A stretch of DNA of 64,000 bases from Flectonema sp. DT1601 (lineage: Eukaryota): NCBI GenBank assembly GCA_964019425.1, contig OZ025788.1:1302001-1366000 (forward strand), read 5' to 3'. Numbering within the stretch: the stretch's first letter is position 1; each line of letters begins with the position of its first letter. Below, one piece after another: positions 1-12,224 of the stretch. The notes beneath the pieces are model-generated. The model worked only from the letters and a program-made list of their open reading frames with translations, searched no databases and was not told the origin of the DNA. A program made the position numbers and the translations under genes.

Positions 1-2
1 TT

Positions 3-1163
3 CGTGGTCATGTCCCTCAGTTAGTTGAAGCACTGTCAAGGTTTAAAGACGAACCTGAAGTACAAGAACACTACCAACGAAGTTTACGTAATACGATTTC
101 AAAAGATTTAATGATCACCGTAGTTAAAGAGATAGCTGATTATGTGACTCTTCCAACTAATCAAAACCTTCGAGAAGAAGTTCGTAGAATTGCCTTTCTT
201 GGAGAAGGCCAACCAGATCAAGATAATGCTCATCCAATTGCGTTGTATTTATTTACAAAAGTTTCTGAGGATCCAAATTCAGCACTTTGGGAATTTAAAA
301 CTTGCATTGGACAACTAGTAAGCGCGTTACGTGACAGTTCATATTCACTTGAGCCAGAAGTTCAAGTACAGCGACTTCGAATTATGGGTGCCATGGTAAC
401 CCCAGAAATCGCAGCAAAGGTCAGCTCCGAAGCTGTCGAATACTTTGAGAACCCGAACAACAAAGAAGAGAGAGAAGAATTAGTGAAATCAATTATTATC
501 AGTAGCCACACTACTAAAGAAGCTGAAGACGAATGGGTTGAATGGAACGATCAAAAGAACTTATCCGCCTCAGTAGCAGTTTTGGCAAAACTCCGACAAA
601 ATCCAAACTCAGTAATAAAAGCTGTTAGAGATGATGGTCTTCCTGTACTCGCAAAGATCTTAAATGAGTTTAATGACCTTCCTGAGGTTCGTTTAAACAG
701 ACAACGAGCGGTGTGTGCGTCCGTGACGGGTGATATCGCCTTTGCTATCGCTAAGGATGTGCTTCGATTCGTTAGAGATCCTAACAACGTTCAAAAAGTA
801 AAAAGTTTTGGTGACGGTCTCTTAAATGGTGTCAACGGAGGAAGAGAAGTAGCTGAACTCGGCATCCTGCTGGAAATCGCAAAGATGACTGGCTCTCGAT
901 TGTCTGACTTCAAGGAAGTTCCAATTGAAGACTTTAAGAAGCTTCAAGATTCTCTGGAACGGTTTAAGAATCTTCCAGAAATTGTAGATACGAAAAGAAA
1001 GATTGCAAGACGTATCTTCCAAGTGATGGCTTCAACTCTTCCAAGTAGAATCGCTTCATTTTTCTTCAGACAGATGGGAGATCCTGAAGACCCTGAAGAA
1101 CCCATTGAAGAGATACCAGCTGACGGCGATACAATGCTTCCATCTGATGTTGGTCTTCAATGA
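3..1163 (+). CDS. Uncharacterised alpha-helical repeat protein, 5'-truncated by the window edge
   Basis: The frame of ORF 111..1163 is open back to nt 3 (RGHVPQLVEALSRFKDEPEVQ...). It has four ~90-105-aa repeats with an L..F..(E/L)PE(V/I)...P.N pattern. Confidence 0.8.
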   Translation, partial: RGHVPQLVEALSRFKDEPEVQEHYQRSLRNTISKDLMITVVKEIADYVTLPTNQNLREEVRRIAFLGEGQPDQDNAHPIALYLFTKVSEDPNSALWEFKTCIGQLVSALRDSSYSLEPEVQVQRLRIMGAMVTPEIAAKVSSEAVEYFENPNNKEEREELVKSIIISSHTTKEAEDEWVEWNDQKNLSASVAVLAKLRQNPNSVIKAVRDDGLPVLAKILNEFNDLPEVRLNRQRAVCASVTGDIAFAIAKDVLRFVRDPNNVQKVKSFGDGLLNGVNGGREVAELGILLEIAKMTGSRLSDFKEVPIEDFKKLQDSLERFKNLPEIVDTKRKIARRIFQVMASTLPSRIASFFFRQMGDPEDPEEPIEEIPADGDTMLPSDVGLQ

Positions 1164-1668
1164 GTTTTTGATCAATTCTTTTTTCTTTGGCGGTCAATCT
1201 CTTACCTGCTCTTTTTTATTTTTTTTATATGTGTTTCTGCAGTACTGTTTTCAGTTTTGCTTCTTGTGCACCGTGTCAGTGCTTTTCCATATCTCCCCCC
1301 CCCTTTTTTTTTTCTTCTGTTTGACATTTTATGGTATTTCCTTTACGTCTGTCATTGTTTAGTTACGGCCTGTGGAGGGGGGAAAAAAAAGAGAATATGG
1401 GAGAAAGAAGTTGTTTGATTCCGCTTATGTATTGAGGAAAAGAGGGAGAAAAAAAAAGATTTAAAAAAAAAAAAAAAATTGTGAGCACTATCGAACAGCT
1501 ACCTATGAATAGTCAGAGTAGTGAATCTCTCGACATCTCCCTCAAAGTTTTGTAGGACTGCACAGGTTATCGATTTTCCATCCCAAAAATCTCAAAAAAA
1601 AAAATTTTCATTCACATTTTCATCAAGACAACATGTCCTGAGTGACTTCAGATTCAGTCTCTTCCCTT

Positions 1669-1704
<36 letters not shown>

Positions 1705-4700
1705 AGTTTTGGTTACTGAACTGAAGTATTTTCTTTTTTTTCCTGAGCGATTAAGATTAAAATTGAGGGGTACATACACCTACTAAATAAATATATATAA
1801 TGCAAAACTAATTTTCTTTTCCCCAACTCTCCGGGGATAATAAGAACTGTTTTGTTTTCCCTTGAGTACGTGCGTAGTTGCTGAATTACCAGATTCGATA
1901 ACGTTCTGGTCAAGACAGAAATATATTTCCCATTTCTTTTGATGAATGGCTTCAAATATTGTTTTAATACTTTAGAAGAAGTTAATATTTTTTTTACATT
2001 CCTGCCCCCCCTGAAACCCTTCGGAGTATTGGTTATTGGTGGCTATTATTGTTACGGGTCATCCATAACCATATTAAAATAATCTGAGGAGGTTATATCC
2101 AACGTTGGCATAGCTTTTCTGGTTATAGAAGTAATTACACTTATCTCTCGGTTTCCTCTCAATTTCAACTAGCTGATTTTTTCCCTTTTTCTCTCTTTTT
2201 TTTAATTTTTTTTTTTTATAAATTTTTCAAACGAGGTCCTGTCTGCCGACTATGTTATCAACGTAGTCGACATGATGCCAGAGCTGGGACAAGAAATACG
2301 TCTGTTCTCGTGTTAAGATGGTACTCATGGTACTTAACTCAGAGTTCGTTACTTTCTGTATGATTGTGATGAAGAGCTTACAGACTGACCATAAGAAATA
2401 ACTTTCTACGTCGGTACAAAAAAAAAAAAAAAAAAAAAAAAAAAACAAGTCAGTCACCTTTCCTTCGATATTATGATTGGCGTTTATAAAAAAATCATAA
2501 CGACTGGTACTGATGATATCAAACTAAATAAATAAATCATATTTCTTTTGGACGGCTTTTAGTGCACCATACTAACGCCACGTATCTTGGTATTAAAAAG
2601 GAGGAAAAAAAATTAATTCCTGTAAATTACCTGCAAGGGTAGTTATCAAGTAGGAGTTTTTTTTTTCTTCTTCTGTTTTTCTTTTTTTTCATTGTTTTCG
2701 TGTGGTAAAACTAACTTCCTCTAGCCCTCTTTTTTTTTCTTCTCTCTTTTAATTTGTGAATATTGAAAAAAAAAAAAAAAAGATTTTAAAAAAAAAAAAC
2801 AAAAAAAAAAAAAAAAAAAAAAAAGTAAAATTAATTTAATTTAATAACAAAAAAACAACGTCGTAGATCATCAAATATTTATCGTTCATGCTATGTGCAA
2901 TGTCGAGGTTTTTAGCCTCTTTTTCTTCCCCCCCTTTTTTATTACGATAAACGCATCATTAATTAACTGACTTACTTCTACACCATTACTGATGATGAGG
3001 TAAAGAGGTATATGGATTACTCTCGAAACTCTAATAGTTGTTACTTTAAAAAAGGCTAAGTTAAGCATCACCATAGTTCACTGTATCCTTAACAGATTGT
3101 TAAATTATTGTTTTTTTTATGTTAATATGGTTGTATTTTGCAAATTCAAACACTCAATTCCCTTTTCCAGAACCCTTCAGACGTATTGCACTGAATGCCA
3201 ATAAGGAAAAAAGAGATGTGTATGCAGCTAGGTTAGAACACTTATCATTATATAAAGTTGTGTTTACCAATACTAACATTACCTTGAGTCAACTGGTATC
3301 GAATCTAACGTTTATTTTAGTTAACTCTGAATCGATCATAACAGATCACAAATATATTCGAATGTTTCACTCTCCCTTTCCGGAACCCTTTTGCGTGAGG
3401 AAATTTCTGTTTTATTTGTTTTTTGTACCAATGGTGACTTAAATTAGAGCTTTTCTTTAGTCGTTTTCAACTTGTGTAACCTGTAGGGAAGGTGGAAGCT
3501 GGGAGTCAATCACTCCCAGCCGAAGCTGTAAAACTACAATCTTCGCGATTGAGTCATTCCTTTAGCGGGCTACCCGGACCCCTAGTTCTGCTTTTGCTAA
3601 CTAACTAACATTTGCTCTTTCAGTTTTCTGTTGCTGTTACTTTCTTTCTTTCTTATTCTTTTTTTTGGTTACTGCCGTGATCTACTTAGAGAGATATGCA
3701 GCACGTAACCCTTCGCTGTTTTAATGATTCTCTCTGTCCCTTTCCTTTATTTTATTATTACATCCTTCTGACTACTGGCATAAAATATATATGCTGGGGT
3801 TAGTTCTGTTTCGATGTCTTTCTTGTATATCGATGTCTTATTAGTCTCCCTTGGGATTGGAGATTGAACTTGTTTTTATTTTCAAAAAAAAAAAAAAAAA
3901 AATGATGGCGTCGAGCAGTAGAATTTCTTCTACAGAGATTTCAGACTGGAGATGAAAAAAACAAAAAAAAAACAACAGCAAGCAACTTGAAAGTGTATTT
4001 TCTTTTCGAGGCAATGAACTTGTCGCGTGTAATGTTGTGTTAAATTTCGCAAATTTTTGCAAATGTGTTATTTTTATTTTGTTTATTTTTTTTTATATAA
4101 ATAAAATGAAAGTATATCTATACAGTAGTGAACGAACAGGAAATAAAAGGTGTCAACTTGTATTTCCTTTTTTTTTTTTGTTTTACTAGCGTTCCCTCCG
4201 TCCCAAAACCCCTTGGTTTTATTGCTAGAAAAAGCACCAAGTCTGCTACTGCTGAGTACTGTTACAGAGTCTGTGTTCAACTATAAAGGTTGTTCTACTC
4301 TGTAGCAGTGGTTGTGATGTTTTTATTTATCGTAGTCTACTGTTCGCACAAGCTTGATTTCTTTCTTTTCTTTTTTTCTTTTTTTCTTTTTTTTTTTTAA
4401 ATTTCCAGATTTGAGAGCCGTTGAGCCGTTATTTTACATTCTGATTTTTCCACTTGCGTCAGGATTACTGTAGGCGATCAACTACTCATCCAAATATGGG
4501 CTTATCTGAACAGTTTTTTTTTAAATCCGTGTTCTCCGAATGAGAGGATTTGAGTAGTGTAAATAGGAATGAATTACGCGGCTACAAATCTCTTTATCGA
4601 ACAAGGGTTTTGTATATAATAGGTACAAAAAAACAGCAGGTGTTTTATTTTTCTAATCCTTCCATACGTACATCTGCAAAAAGAAAATTCGTTTCTTCAG

Positions 4701-4823
4701 TTTGTGTTAATAATACGTGTGTGAGAAGTAAATTGTGATAATTTATTTCTTACTAGTTGAGGAAAGCCAAAAGCCCATGCATAATCACTATACTAATTGT
4801 GATGGGCAACTACTGAGGAGGGG

Positions 4824-4857
<34 letters not shown>

Positions 4858-5873
4858 AACTGAACAGTGTAGATATTATCTCGCTGTTTATATTTTTTCC
4901 TGCGGGAATTTGGCAATCGAATGTACGTAACGTGTGTTTCTCTTTTGTGGGGGAAGTATTGTTGATTCAATCTTCTTAGCAATTGATTGGTGTTCTTCTT
5001 ACAGCTCTCGTTCTACCCCGGTTTCCCTTATTTGATATTTGATATTTAATTTTTTTTTTTCTTTCTTTTTTTTTTTTTGCATGGTGCAAAACTATTATCT
5101 TATAATAATATACTCTATATTTACTATTTTTTTCTGTATTGTTTTCTTATCGACAATAAAGTTTATCGATTATTATGTGCTTTTCAAATTCACTTTTTTT
5201 AGATCGATTGTTTGATTGTTATTTTCTTCTTGCACTCAAAAGGTTAGGAAGAGACAACAACACAGCGATAATGTTCTCGAACATTATTCACAGTTGGCTC
5301 TCACAGACTGACTGTTTGATCAAATTACTATCTATTTAAAAAAAACAGGTCAACAGATTATTAAGACTTGAATAACTGCCGTCACACGGAAGAGTGATGA
5401 CTAAACCAATGGGACAATAAATTACAACGAGGTCCACCAGGCTGGTGACAACGTTTCCAATGTAGCATGCTAGGACACCTGACGTGAGTCTTGATTGTTT
5501 GGAGCGTTGCTATCCACAAACACCTGTCAGGAGGCAACTTGTACTTTGCTTACACTTTAAAAGACTATCAGTTTTCTCGGATAGAATTTCAGTAAAGAAA
5601 AGTAAAAGAACTGTACTGGCAGGTGTTTGCTTCCTGGGTTTAAAAAAAAAAAAAGAAGGATAAAAAATTATTTATTTTTATCTTCAAATTTCTTTTGCAT
5701 CATCTGAGATGAGGTTTAGGACATTCCCAAAAAAAAAAAAGATAAAATCACATTTTGGTGAGAATATCCTCCCTTTTTTTTTATTTTTTTTTTTTTTGGG
5801 ATTATTTGTTTTTTTTTGGTTTTTGATCGTGAAAATACGTTAAAATCTGTCTTACACAACAGTACCAAAAAAG

Positions 5874-7552
5874 ATGGGTGGTGGGAAGAAGGGCAGATAC
5901 CCTGCAGGGGGTTACTCAAACGGATACTCAAACGATCGAGGCGGTGGTGGACAACACGAAGCTCAAAGACAGGCACAAGCACAAGAGAGAGAATGGGAGC
6001 ACGAAAAGAGACGTGACAGAGCGTTAAATGTAGAGCAGAATGAGAGAGATGTGTGGGATGAGAGACCAACTTTCAAGATTATTCCTCACCTCGAAGACAA
6101 ACGTGACCAAGAAGAACTTGAGGGACACCTGGTTGACGCCGAAACAAAATTCGAAGAAATGGAACAACAACTTCAAGACAAAGAGCGGATGGAACGTGAA
6201 AACGAAGATCGCATATCTAAAATTAACCAAAACATTGATGACCTTCAGAAGGAAAAAGATCAAAAACAGAACGACATCCAGGCATTAATAAAAAACACAT
6301 CGACTATGAAACAATTAAACCAAACAATACAAAATAAGATAAAAGCCATCATAGAAGACAAAGAATTAATCCGCGAACAGAAAAAGAAAAAGTACCGCGA
6401 GCTTGGCTTTGGAGGAAAAAACCCAACAGGCGCAGACATTACACAGGCGATACGTGATGTAGAATATGAGATGGAAACTAAGAGCAACTTATCAAGGAGA
6501 ACAGAGCTCGACTTGATGAAGAAGATTCGTAAGTTACAATCAGCACGTGATGGTCTTAATGACCAACAGAAGCTTCAAAATAAAATGCAACAGAAAGACG
6601 AAGACATCAAACTTTGTAAAAAGGAAATCGAAAAACTACATGATGAGAAAAATTCATTATCAAAAGAAGAAGCATCGATTAAAATAGAAATAGCTCAAAT
6701 CAGTAAGAAGATCAACAGTCTTCGAAGAGAACTACACAGCGGACCAAGAGATTTGATAGCAGCAAAGAGTAGACAAGATGACTTAGTTAATTTATTAACA
6801 CACAAAGTAGGCTATAGAACAGCAAAGGTACACTACAATAAAGCTCTACAGATATGGATCGAACAAAAAGATCAGCACATTGCATCGCGTCAATCCCTTT
6901 ATGAAGAAGCTGATGCAGCCCGTGAAGCTGAACGTGAAGAACGAAACAAAGAGTTAGCAGCGCGTAAAGAGAACCCATGGGTTGATGAAAAGCGTGCGTG
7001 TCAGGAACTTATTGAGTACGTTGACGAACTCTGTAAAGAACATGTGAAGCCTTCGAAAGAAAACCAGCCTGAAGAAGAGGACGAGGAAGCCGAAGAAACT
7101 GAGGAACCAGAGCAAGAAAAGGAAGAAGACGACGTAATTAGACACCACAGCAATCACATCGCAGATTTCAACCTTATTAAAATCCAGGTACCAACATCTG
7201 TTAAGGTTTTAACTAAGGCTGGTATGATACATTTATTAAATAATATACAACACAACAAACTTTCTTTATCTAACAAAACTCAATAATATAAACACAGCAA
7301 CCCAACTCAAAAACCGTCTCAGATGGTTAGAAACCGCTGCCTGGGATGCACGCATACCCGAACACAGAGGTGGTGGCTTCCGTCGTGGAGGAAGAGGAGG
7401 TTTCAAAGGCGGATTTAAAGGACGCGGAAAGGGGAAGATGGGAAAGGTTTGTCCAGCAATTACGCTATAATGTTTCTTTTGCAATTGAAAATCACTATTA
7501 ACACAAACAGGGAGGTAAGGGAGGATGGAAGGGAGGAAAATACGGAAAGTAG
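5874..7552 (+). CDS. BFR1/proton-pump-interactor-like coiled-coil protein with RGG/KGG tail; exons 5874-7221, 7298-7446, 7511-7552
   Basis: Long coiled coil; NPWVDEKRACQELIEYV and HIADFNLIKIQVPTS resemble the BFR1 C-terminal motifs. Removing two GT-AG introns gives ...ATQLKNRLRWLE...RGGRGGFKGG...GGKYGK*. Confidence 0.75.
7222..7297 (+). other. Spliceosomal intron (76 nt, phase 1)
   Basis: gtatga...aaacacag; restores the frame into the RGG-rich exon. Confidence 0.85.
7447..7510 (+). other. Spliceosomal intron (64 nt, phase 0)
   Basis: gtttgt...acacaaacag; joins KGKMGK to GGKGGWKGGKYGK*. Confidence 0.8.
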
Positions 7553-8477
7553 ATCCCACATAGAGTTTATTAGGCCGTGAGTGTATGCTCACATCGCAAC
7601 CTGAACGAAAACAAGAGAAAATCCAATATAGAAATTAGTGTGTAAACAGACCCAACAAAAAGGTTCAGTCCAATTCGCTCGATTTTTTCGAGACACGTGC
7701 GACAAAGTAAACAGATCTAGCGATCTTTTGGAAGTGGCCTTCCATGGTAACTCTGGGGGGGGGGGGTTCAAGGAGAGTGAAGAAAAAAAAAAAAAAAAAG
7801 AAAGAAAAAGTAAAGCTTCGATTAAATTGTTGAACTGTAAAATATTTTTTTTTTTACTTTTTGTCAACTTTTAATCCCAATTGGACATATATTGCTTCAT
7901 CTGGTTGGTATGCTTTTTTTTGCATTCTTGTTTTTTTTTTCTCTTTCTTTTCTTTTCTTTTCTTTCTTGTTGCCCTCGGCTCCCCCTGGTTTCGGAGGGA
8001 CTGAAAAACAACAAAAAAAAAAAAAAAAAAAAAAAAAATGGAAAAAGGAAAGTTGTAGGGAAAAGGATGAAAATAACGAAAAAATTTAAAAAAAAAAATC
8101 TAAAGCGCAGCGACAGGAGAGATACAGTTCGCCTTTAGCTGCCCTGCTCCCTCATAAATTAATACCTAAGTAAGGAAGGATACAGAAGAGAAAAAAAGGA
8201 GGTACTTTGGAAAAAAAAATGACAAAAATAACTCTGCAGAGAGTGGCCCATCTTCGCTGAAGAAAAACAAAAAAACGAAAATCGACTCAAGAAAAAAAAA
8301 AAAAAAAAAAAAAAAAAAGTTCTCTGCCGACGATGTTCTAGTAGCTTATGATTATTTATTGCCTTAACACACTTTTAGTAAACAGGTAAATGTGAATAAA
8401 ATTACTTTGCCATTCACACCAAATTAATAAATTAATTTTCCCAGTAACTAAAAAAAAAAAAAAAAAACTAAAACACA

Positions 8478-9073
8478 ATGGGAGGAGGTGACAGCAACAA
8501 CCCGTGGTCGAAATTTGATGACAAGAAGCAAAAGGGAGAAGAGGAATGGAGAAGTGGAAGTCCCTGGTTGTGTTTTGATCAAATGGATGTTTGTTGGATG
8601 ACTTTCTTTTGCACTCCTTGCATGATCGGAAGAGAATGGAATGCAGCAAAAGCTCATCAAACGTACAGTACTAACTGGCCTGTTTGCCTTTTGTCTTTGT
8701 TCTGTCCAATTGTTGACACCTGTCTTGTCTGCAACCTGAGAGGAACCGTTCGTAAAATTGGTGACTCGTCGACAACAAAGGATAACGTCTCGCAGCATAT
8801 TCCTGGTATGTATCGTAGCACATGTACTGTTTTCTTTGTTGTGGACCGACGAAGTCGGAGAAGAAACTATTCAGATTAAGAGCCGTGCTGCGATCAATAA
8901 AATATAAAACTCATCTAAAATGGTCTTTAATAAATAAACAAAACCAATCAGGATCAACGATGGAAGATTTCGCATGCGCCTTCTTCTGTATGCCGTGCAC
9001 TGTTTGCCACATTGGTAGAGAGCTGAGAGACAGAGGTTACCCAACTGGTACTCTTTGTCAGAGAATGGAATAG
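8478..9073 (+). CDS. PLAC8 family cysteine-rich protein; exons 8478-8805, 8952-9073
   Basis: CFDQMDVCWMTFFCTPCMIG in exon 1. Splicing yields HIPGSTMEDFACAFFCMPCTVCHIGREL, the PLAC8 C-terminal motif. Confidence 0.9.
8806..8951 (+). other. Spliceosomal intron (146 nt, phase 1) with internal hairpin
   Basis: gtatgt...aaccaatcag; joins the two PLAC8 halves. 8812-8821 pairs with 8885-8894. Confidence 0.88.
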
Positions 9074-10369
9074 ATGCTTCGCGAGAAGAGTAAAAAAAGG
9101 TACAATAAAAAAATACTCCCAACCGCTCGTTCCCATCCATCCCCAATTGGAAGAACAAATTAAAAAGAATTTAGTTTTGGTAAAGAAAACGAAATAGCAA
9201 AGGTCATTTGGCTTACTTACTGGTGAACTTTCGGAAGGAAGAAAAAAAAAAAAAAAAAAAGTGATTTCTAAGGTAACTGTCCCATAGTCCCTTTTATTGC
9301 AAAAACCAAAATCAACACGTAAGTGATCCTTCTCGTTAAGCAGTACCTTGAGTGGTTCGGGCAGCGGGTAGGATAATGTTTAAAGTAATGTAAGGGCCTG
9401 GGAGATATAAAAAAAACAAAAAGAAAAGAAAAGAAAAAAAACGGAAACTTCTTGGTTGTCCGAAAAAGCAAACTAACAAACAACTTGGTAGGGGGCTTTT
9501 ACGGGTATTGCGTAAACAGGTTGTTGCGAGCACGCTCGTTTTTTTTTTTTTTAGTATTTTTTTTTTCTTTTTCCAAGTACAAATAATATAGTGATTCGCA
9601 CCTTTTTCAGAAAATATGAATGAAAAACATAAAAAAAAAAATTTCAAAAAAAAAAAAAAAAAACGGGAGAAAATAATTGAATAAACCTGTAGAACTTCGC
9701 CTCGCTCACATTCGTTCGTCTAACGAGAATAGAAGAATTTAAAAAAAAAAAAAAAAAAAAAAGCTTTTACCCATCAGTCATAAGCCTCCAGTAGTTGACT
9801 CATTTTGACAATTAATGCACCAAGCGGCAGACAAGCTGACCATGGTGCAGAAAATTAATTGTTGCTTACAGCGTGCTGCTTGTTTTTTCCAAAAAAAAAA
9901 AAAAGAAGAATGCGCAGGTGATTCTTATATTCCCACTTTTCTCGGCTTCTAGTTATTTAGTTTCTTTTGATGGCGCGGTGTTTATTTTTGCTTTTTTTTG
10001 CTTTTTTTTTTTTTTTTTTTTCCTTTCTTTTTTTTTTTTGCTTCTCGCATCCTTCACTAGTTTTTGCATGGATGCTAAAATCTTATTAGGAAACAGTAAA
10101 TGCCGCCCACTAGTCGTCCAATTTCGCCTTTTGAAACCTCTCTGCTGACATCTTTCGATCAGCAACACTTGTTCTGTAAAAAGATTAAAAATATTATGCT
10201 CACTAACTTACTCTATCTTATAATTCTCGTAGGAATATCAATCCAGTTGTGGGCGGAAGTCAAAACGGTTTACTTGCTTTGTGTGTTTTAGTTGATCGTT
10301 TTAATACTTTTGTCATAGCATTAAAAAAAACTCATCAAAAAAAAAAAAAAAAAAAAAAACACAAACAAC

Positions 10370-12016
10370 ATGAAATCAATGCTGGCAGCAATGGGGCTGC
10401 TTGGTGTAGCCCAAGCAGCTTCAGTAAGTAGAAATACCACATCGGGTGTGGTGAATGGAATTACAGTTACAGACCCTGAGATTGGATCACAGCAGTATCT
10501 GGGAATACCATATGCTGCACCACCAGTTGGTGATTTTAGGTGGGCGGCAACTCAAGACCATCCGAAATGGGATACTCCATTGAACACTCACAATCTATCA
10601 GTTGGATGTCCACAACAATGCGGATTACCTGCCATCGCTTGCCCTGAATTCCAAGACGAAAACTGTCTTTTCTTGAATGTTTATACCCCACTGAATGCAA
10701 CAACTAAGTCTAATTTACCTGTTTTAATTTGGTTTCATGGTGGTAACTTCTTTCAAGGATTTGGAGGAGGTCCTCTTTATGATGGTTCTCATCATGCGAA
10801 CAGATCAAATGTTATTATAGTTGGAGTGAATTACAGACTTGGAGCTTTGGGATTCTTAGCAACAGCCGACCTTTCAGGTAATTATGGATTCTTAGATCAG
10901 CAGCATGCTATGAAATGGGTTCAGAGTAATATTGCTAACTTTGGAGGAAATCCAAAGATGGTAACTCTGTGGGGGCAATCTGCTGGAGCGATGTCAATCG
11001 CTTTGCATATGACGACTCCTTCATCTGATCCATACTTTCACAGAGTAATTATGCAAAGTGAACCATTCACAATTCCTTTTAGAACTCCAGACAGCTCTAC
11101 TTTGTTATCAAATGCTTTTGGTAGAAATATCGGATGTTCTCCAACAGACAATGCATGCATGAAATCAAAGTCTTGGGAAGACGTCTTGGCAACTCAGCTG
11201 AAAACTCAGTCAGACTTAGGTCCAGATGCTGACAGTTTTCTTCATGCTTTTGTTCCTTGGACTCCAAACGTTAGAGGATCACTTTATCCAACATTAAAAG
11301 ATCCAACCAACTCATGGTACACTGGAGATGTCCAAGACAAGCCAGTCATCATCACCAACACCGGTAATGAAGCTAGAATCTTTATATGGCAAGCTGCTGT
11401 GAAGAAGGGTAAAATGATACCACTTTCAAAACCAATGTACTGGGGTCTAATTGCATCTGTTTTTAAGGAAAAAGTTTTAGTGGTAGATGGTAAATATCCA
11501 TCAAACAGTACCGACAACAGACCTCTTGCTACCGAGGTCGGTACTGATTATATTTTTAACTGCGCCAATAGAAAGATTTTAACTAACCTTTCACTAAAGA
11601 GAAACTCTTCTGTGTACTATGGGCTTATTGATCAACCAATGACTTTTGGTGATAAGGTTTGGAATAATGATCCAGAGTGTGTTAACTACACTTGTCACGG
11701 TGGTGACTTAGCTTTCTCTTGGGCCCAGATGTACAACCCTGTTCTGAAATCTCAAAACATCACGTATCAGAAAGATGAAATCACAATGTCTGAGCAGTAC
11801 GTTGATATGTTTGGTTCCTTTGCCTGGGGAAAGTCTCCGAAAACTAAAGAAGGACTTGTATGGCCAGCATTTAAGAACTCTTCCCAAACCCTTCTCAGAT
11901 TCTCTGCTTCATGGAGTGGCCACACAAAAGCAATGAGCAATGTGATCACCTCTCGTTATGAGTGTGACTTCTGGGATACTCAAATCGATATGTACAACAC
12001 TAATGGTAGTCCGTAG
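10370..12016 (+). CDS. Secreted type-B carboxylesterase/cholinesterase-family hydrolase
   Basis: Signal peptide, YLGIPYAAPP, ENCLFLNVYTP, HGG oxyanion hole, NYRLGALGFL, nucleophile GQSAG, catalytic His in CHGGDL. Confidence 0.95.
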   Translation: MKSMLAAMGLLGVAQAASVSRNTTSGVVNGITVTDPEIGSQQYLGIPYAAPPVGDFRWAATQDHPKWDTPLNTHNLSVGCPQQCGLPAIACPEFQDENCLFLNVYTPLNATTKSNLPVLIWFHGGNFFQGFGGGPLYDGSHHANRSNVIIVGVNYRLGALGFLATADLSGNYGFLDQQHAMKWVQSNIANFGGNPKMVTLWGQSAGAMSIALHMTTPSSDPYFHRVIMQSEPFTIPFRTPDSSTLLSNAFGRNIGCSPTDNACMKSKSWEDVLATQLKTQSDLGPDADSFLHAFVPWTPNVRGSLYPTLKDPTNSWYTGDVQDKPVIITNTGNEARIFIWQAAVKKGKMIPLSKPMYWGLIASVFKEKVLVVDGKYPSNSTDNRPLATEVGTDYIFNCANRKILTNLSLKRNSSVYYGLIDQPMTFGDKVWNNDPECVNYTCHGGDLAFSWAQMYNPVLKSQNITYQKDEITMSEQYVDMFGSFAWGKSPKTKEGLVWPAFKNSSQTLLRFSASWSGHTKAMSNVITSRYECDFWDTQIDMYNTNGSP

Positions 12017-12116
12017 TCATGTTGAAAAAGTACTTCTCCTTTACAACGTCCCCTTTTCTTTTTCTCATCTAGGAACAGCTTACACGCGTTGCTACTCACT
12101 CGAACAAACCTGTCGT

Positions 12117-12224
12117 TTGGAGATACAGTCAGGTGGGGAGTTTGGCTGGGGCGGTACATCTGTTACACATTAACTCAGGTGTCCTAAGGCAAGCTCAGTG
12201 AAAACAAAAATCTCACGTAGAGCA
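12117..12224 (+). pseudogene. Isolated fragment of cytosolic LSU (28S) rRNA domain V (P-loop region)
   Basis: gtcaggtggggagtttggctggggcggtacatctgtt...caggtgtcctaaggcaagctcagtg...aatctcacgtagagca matches highly conserved eukaryotic LSU rRNA. The flanks are not rRNA-like. Confidence 0.85.
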
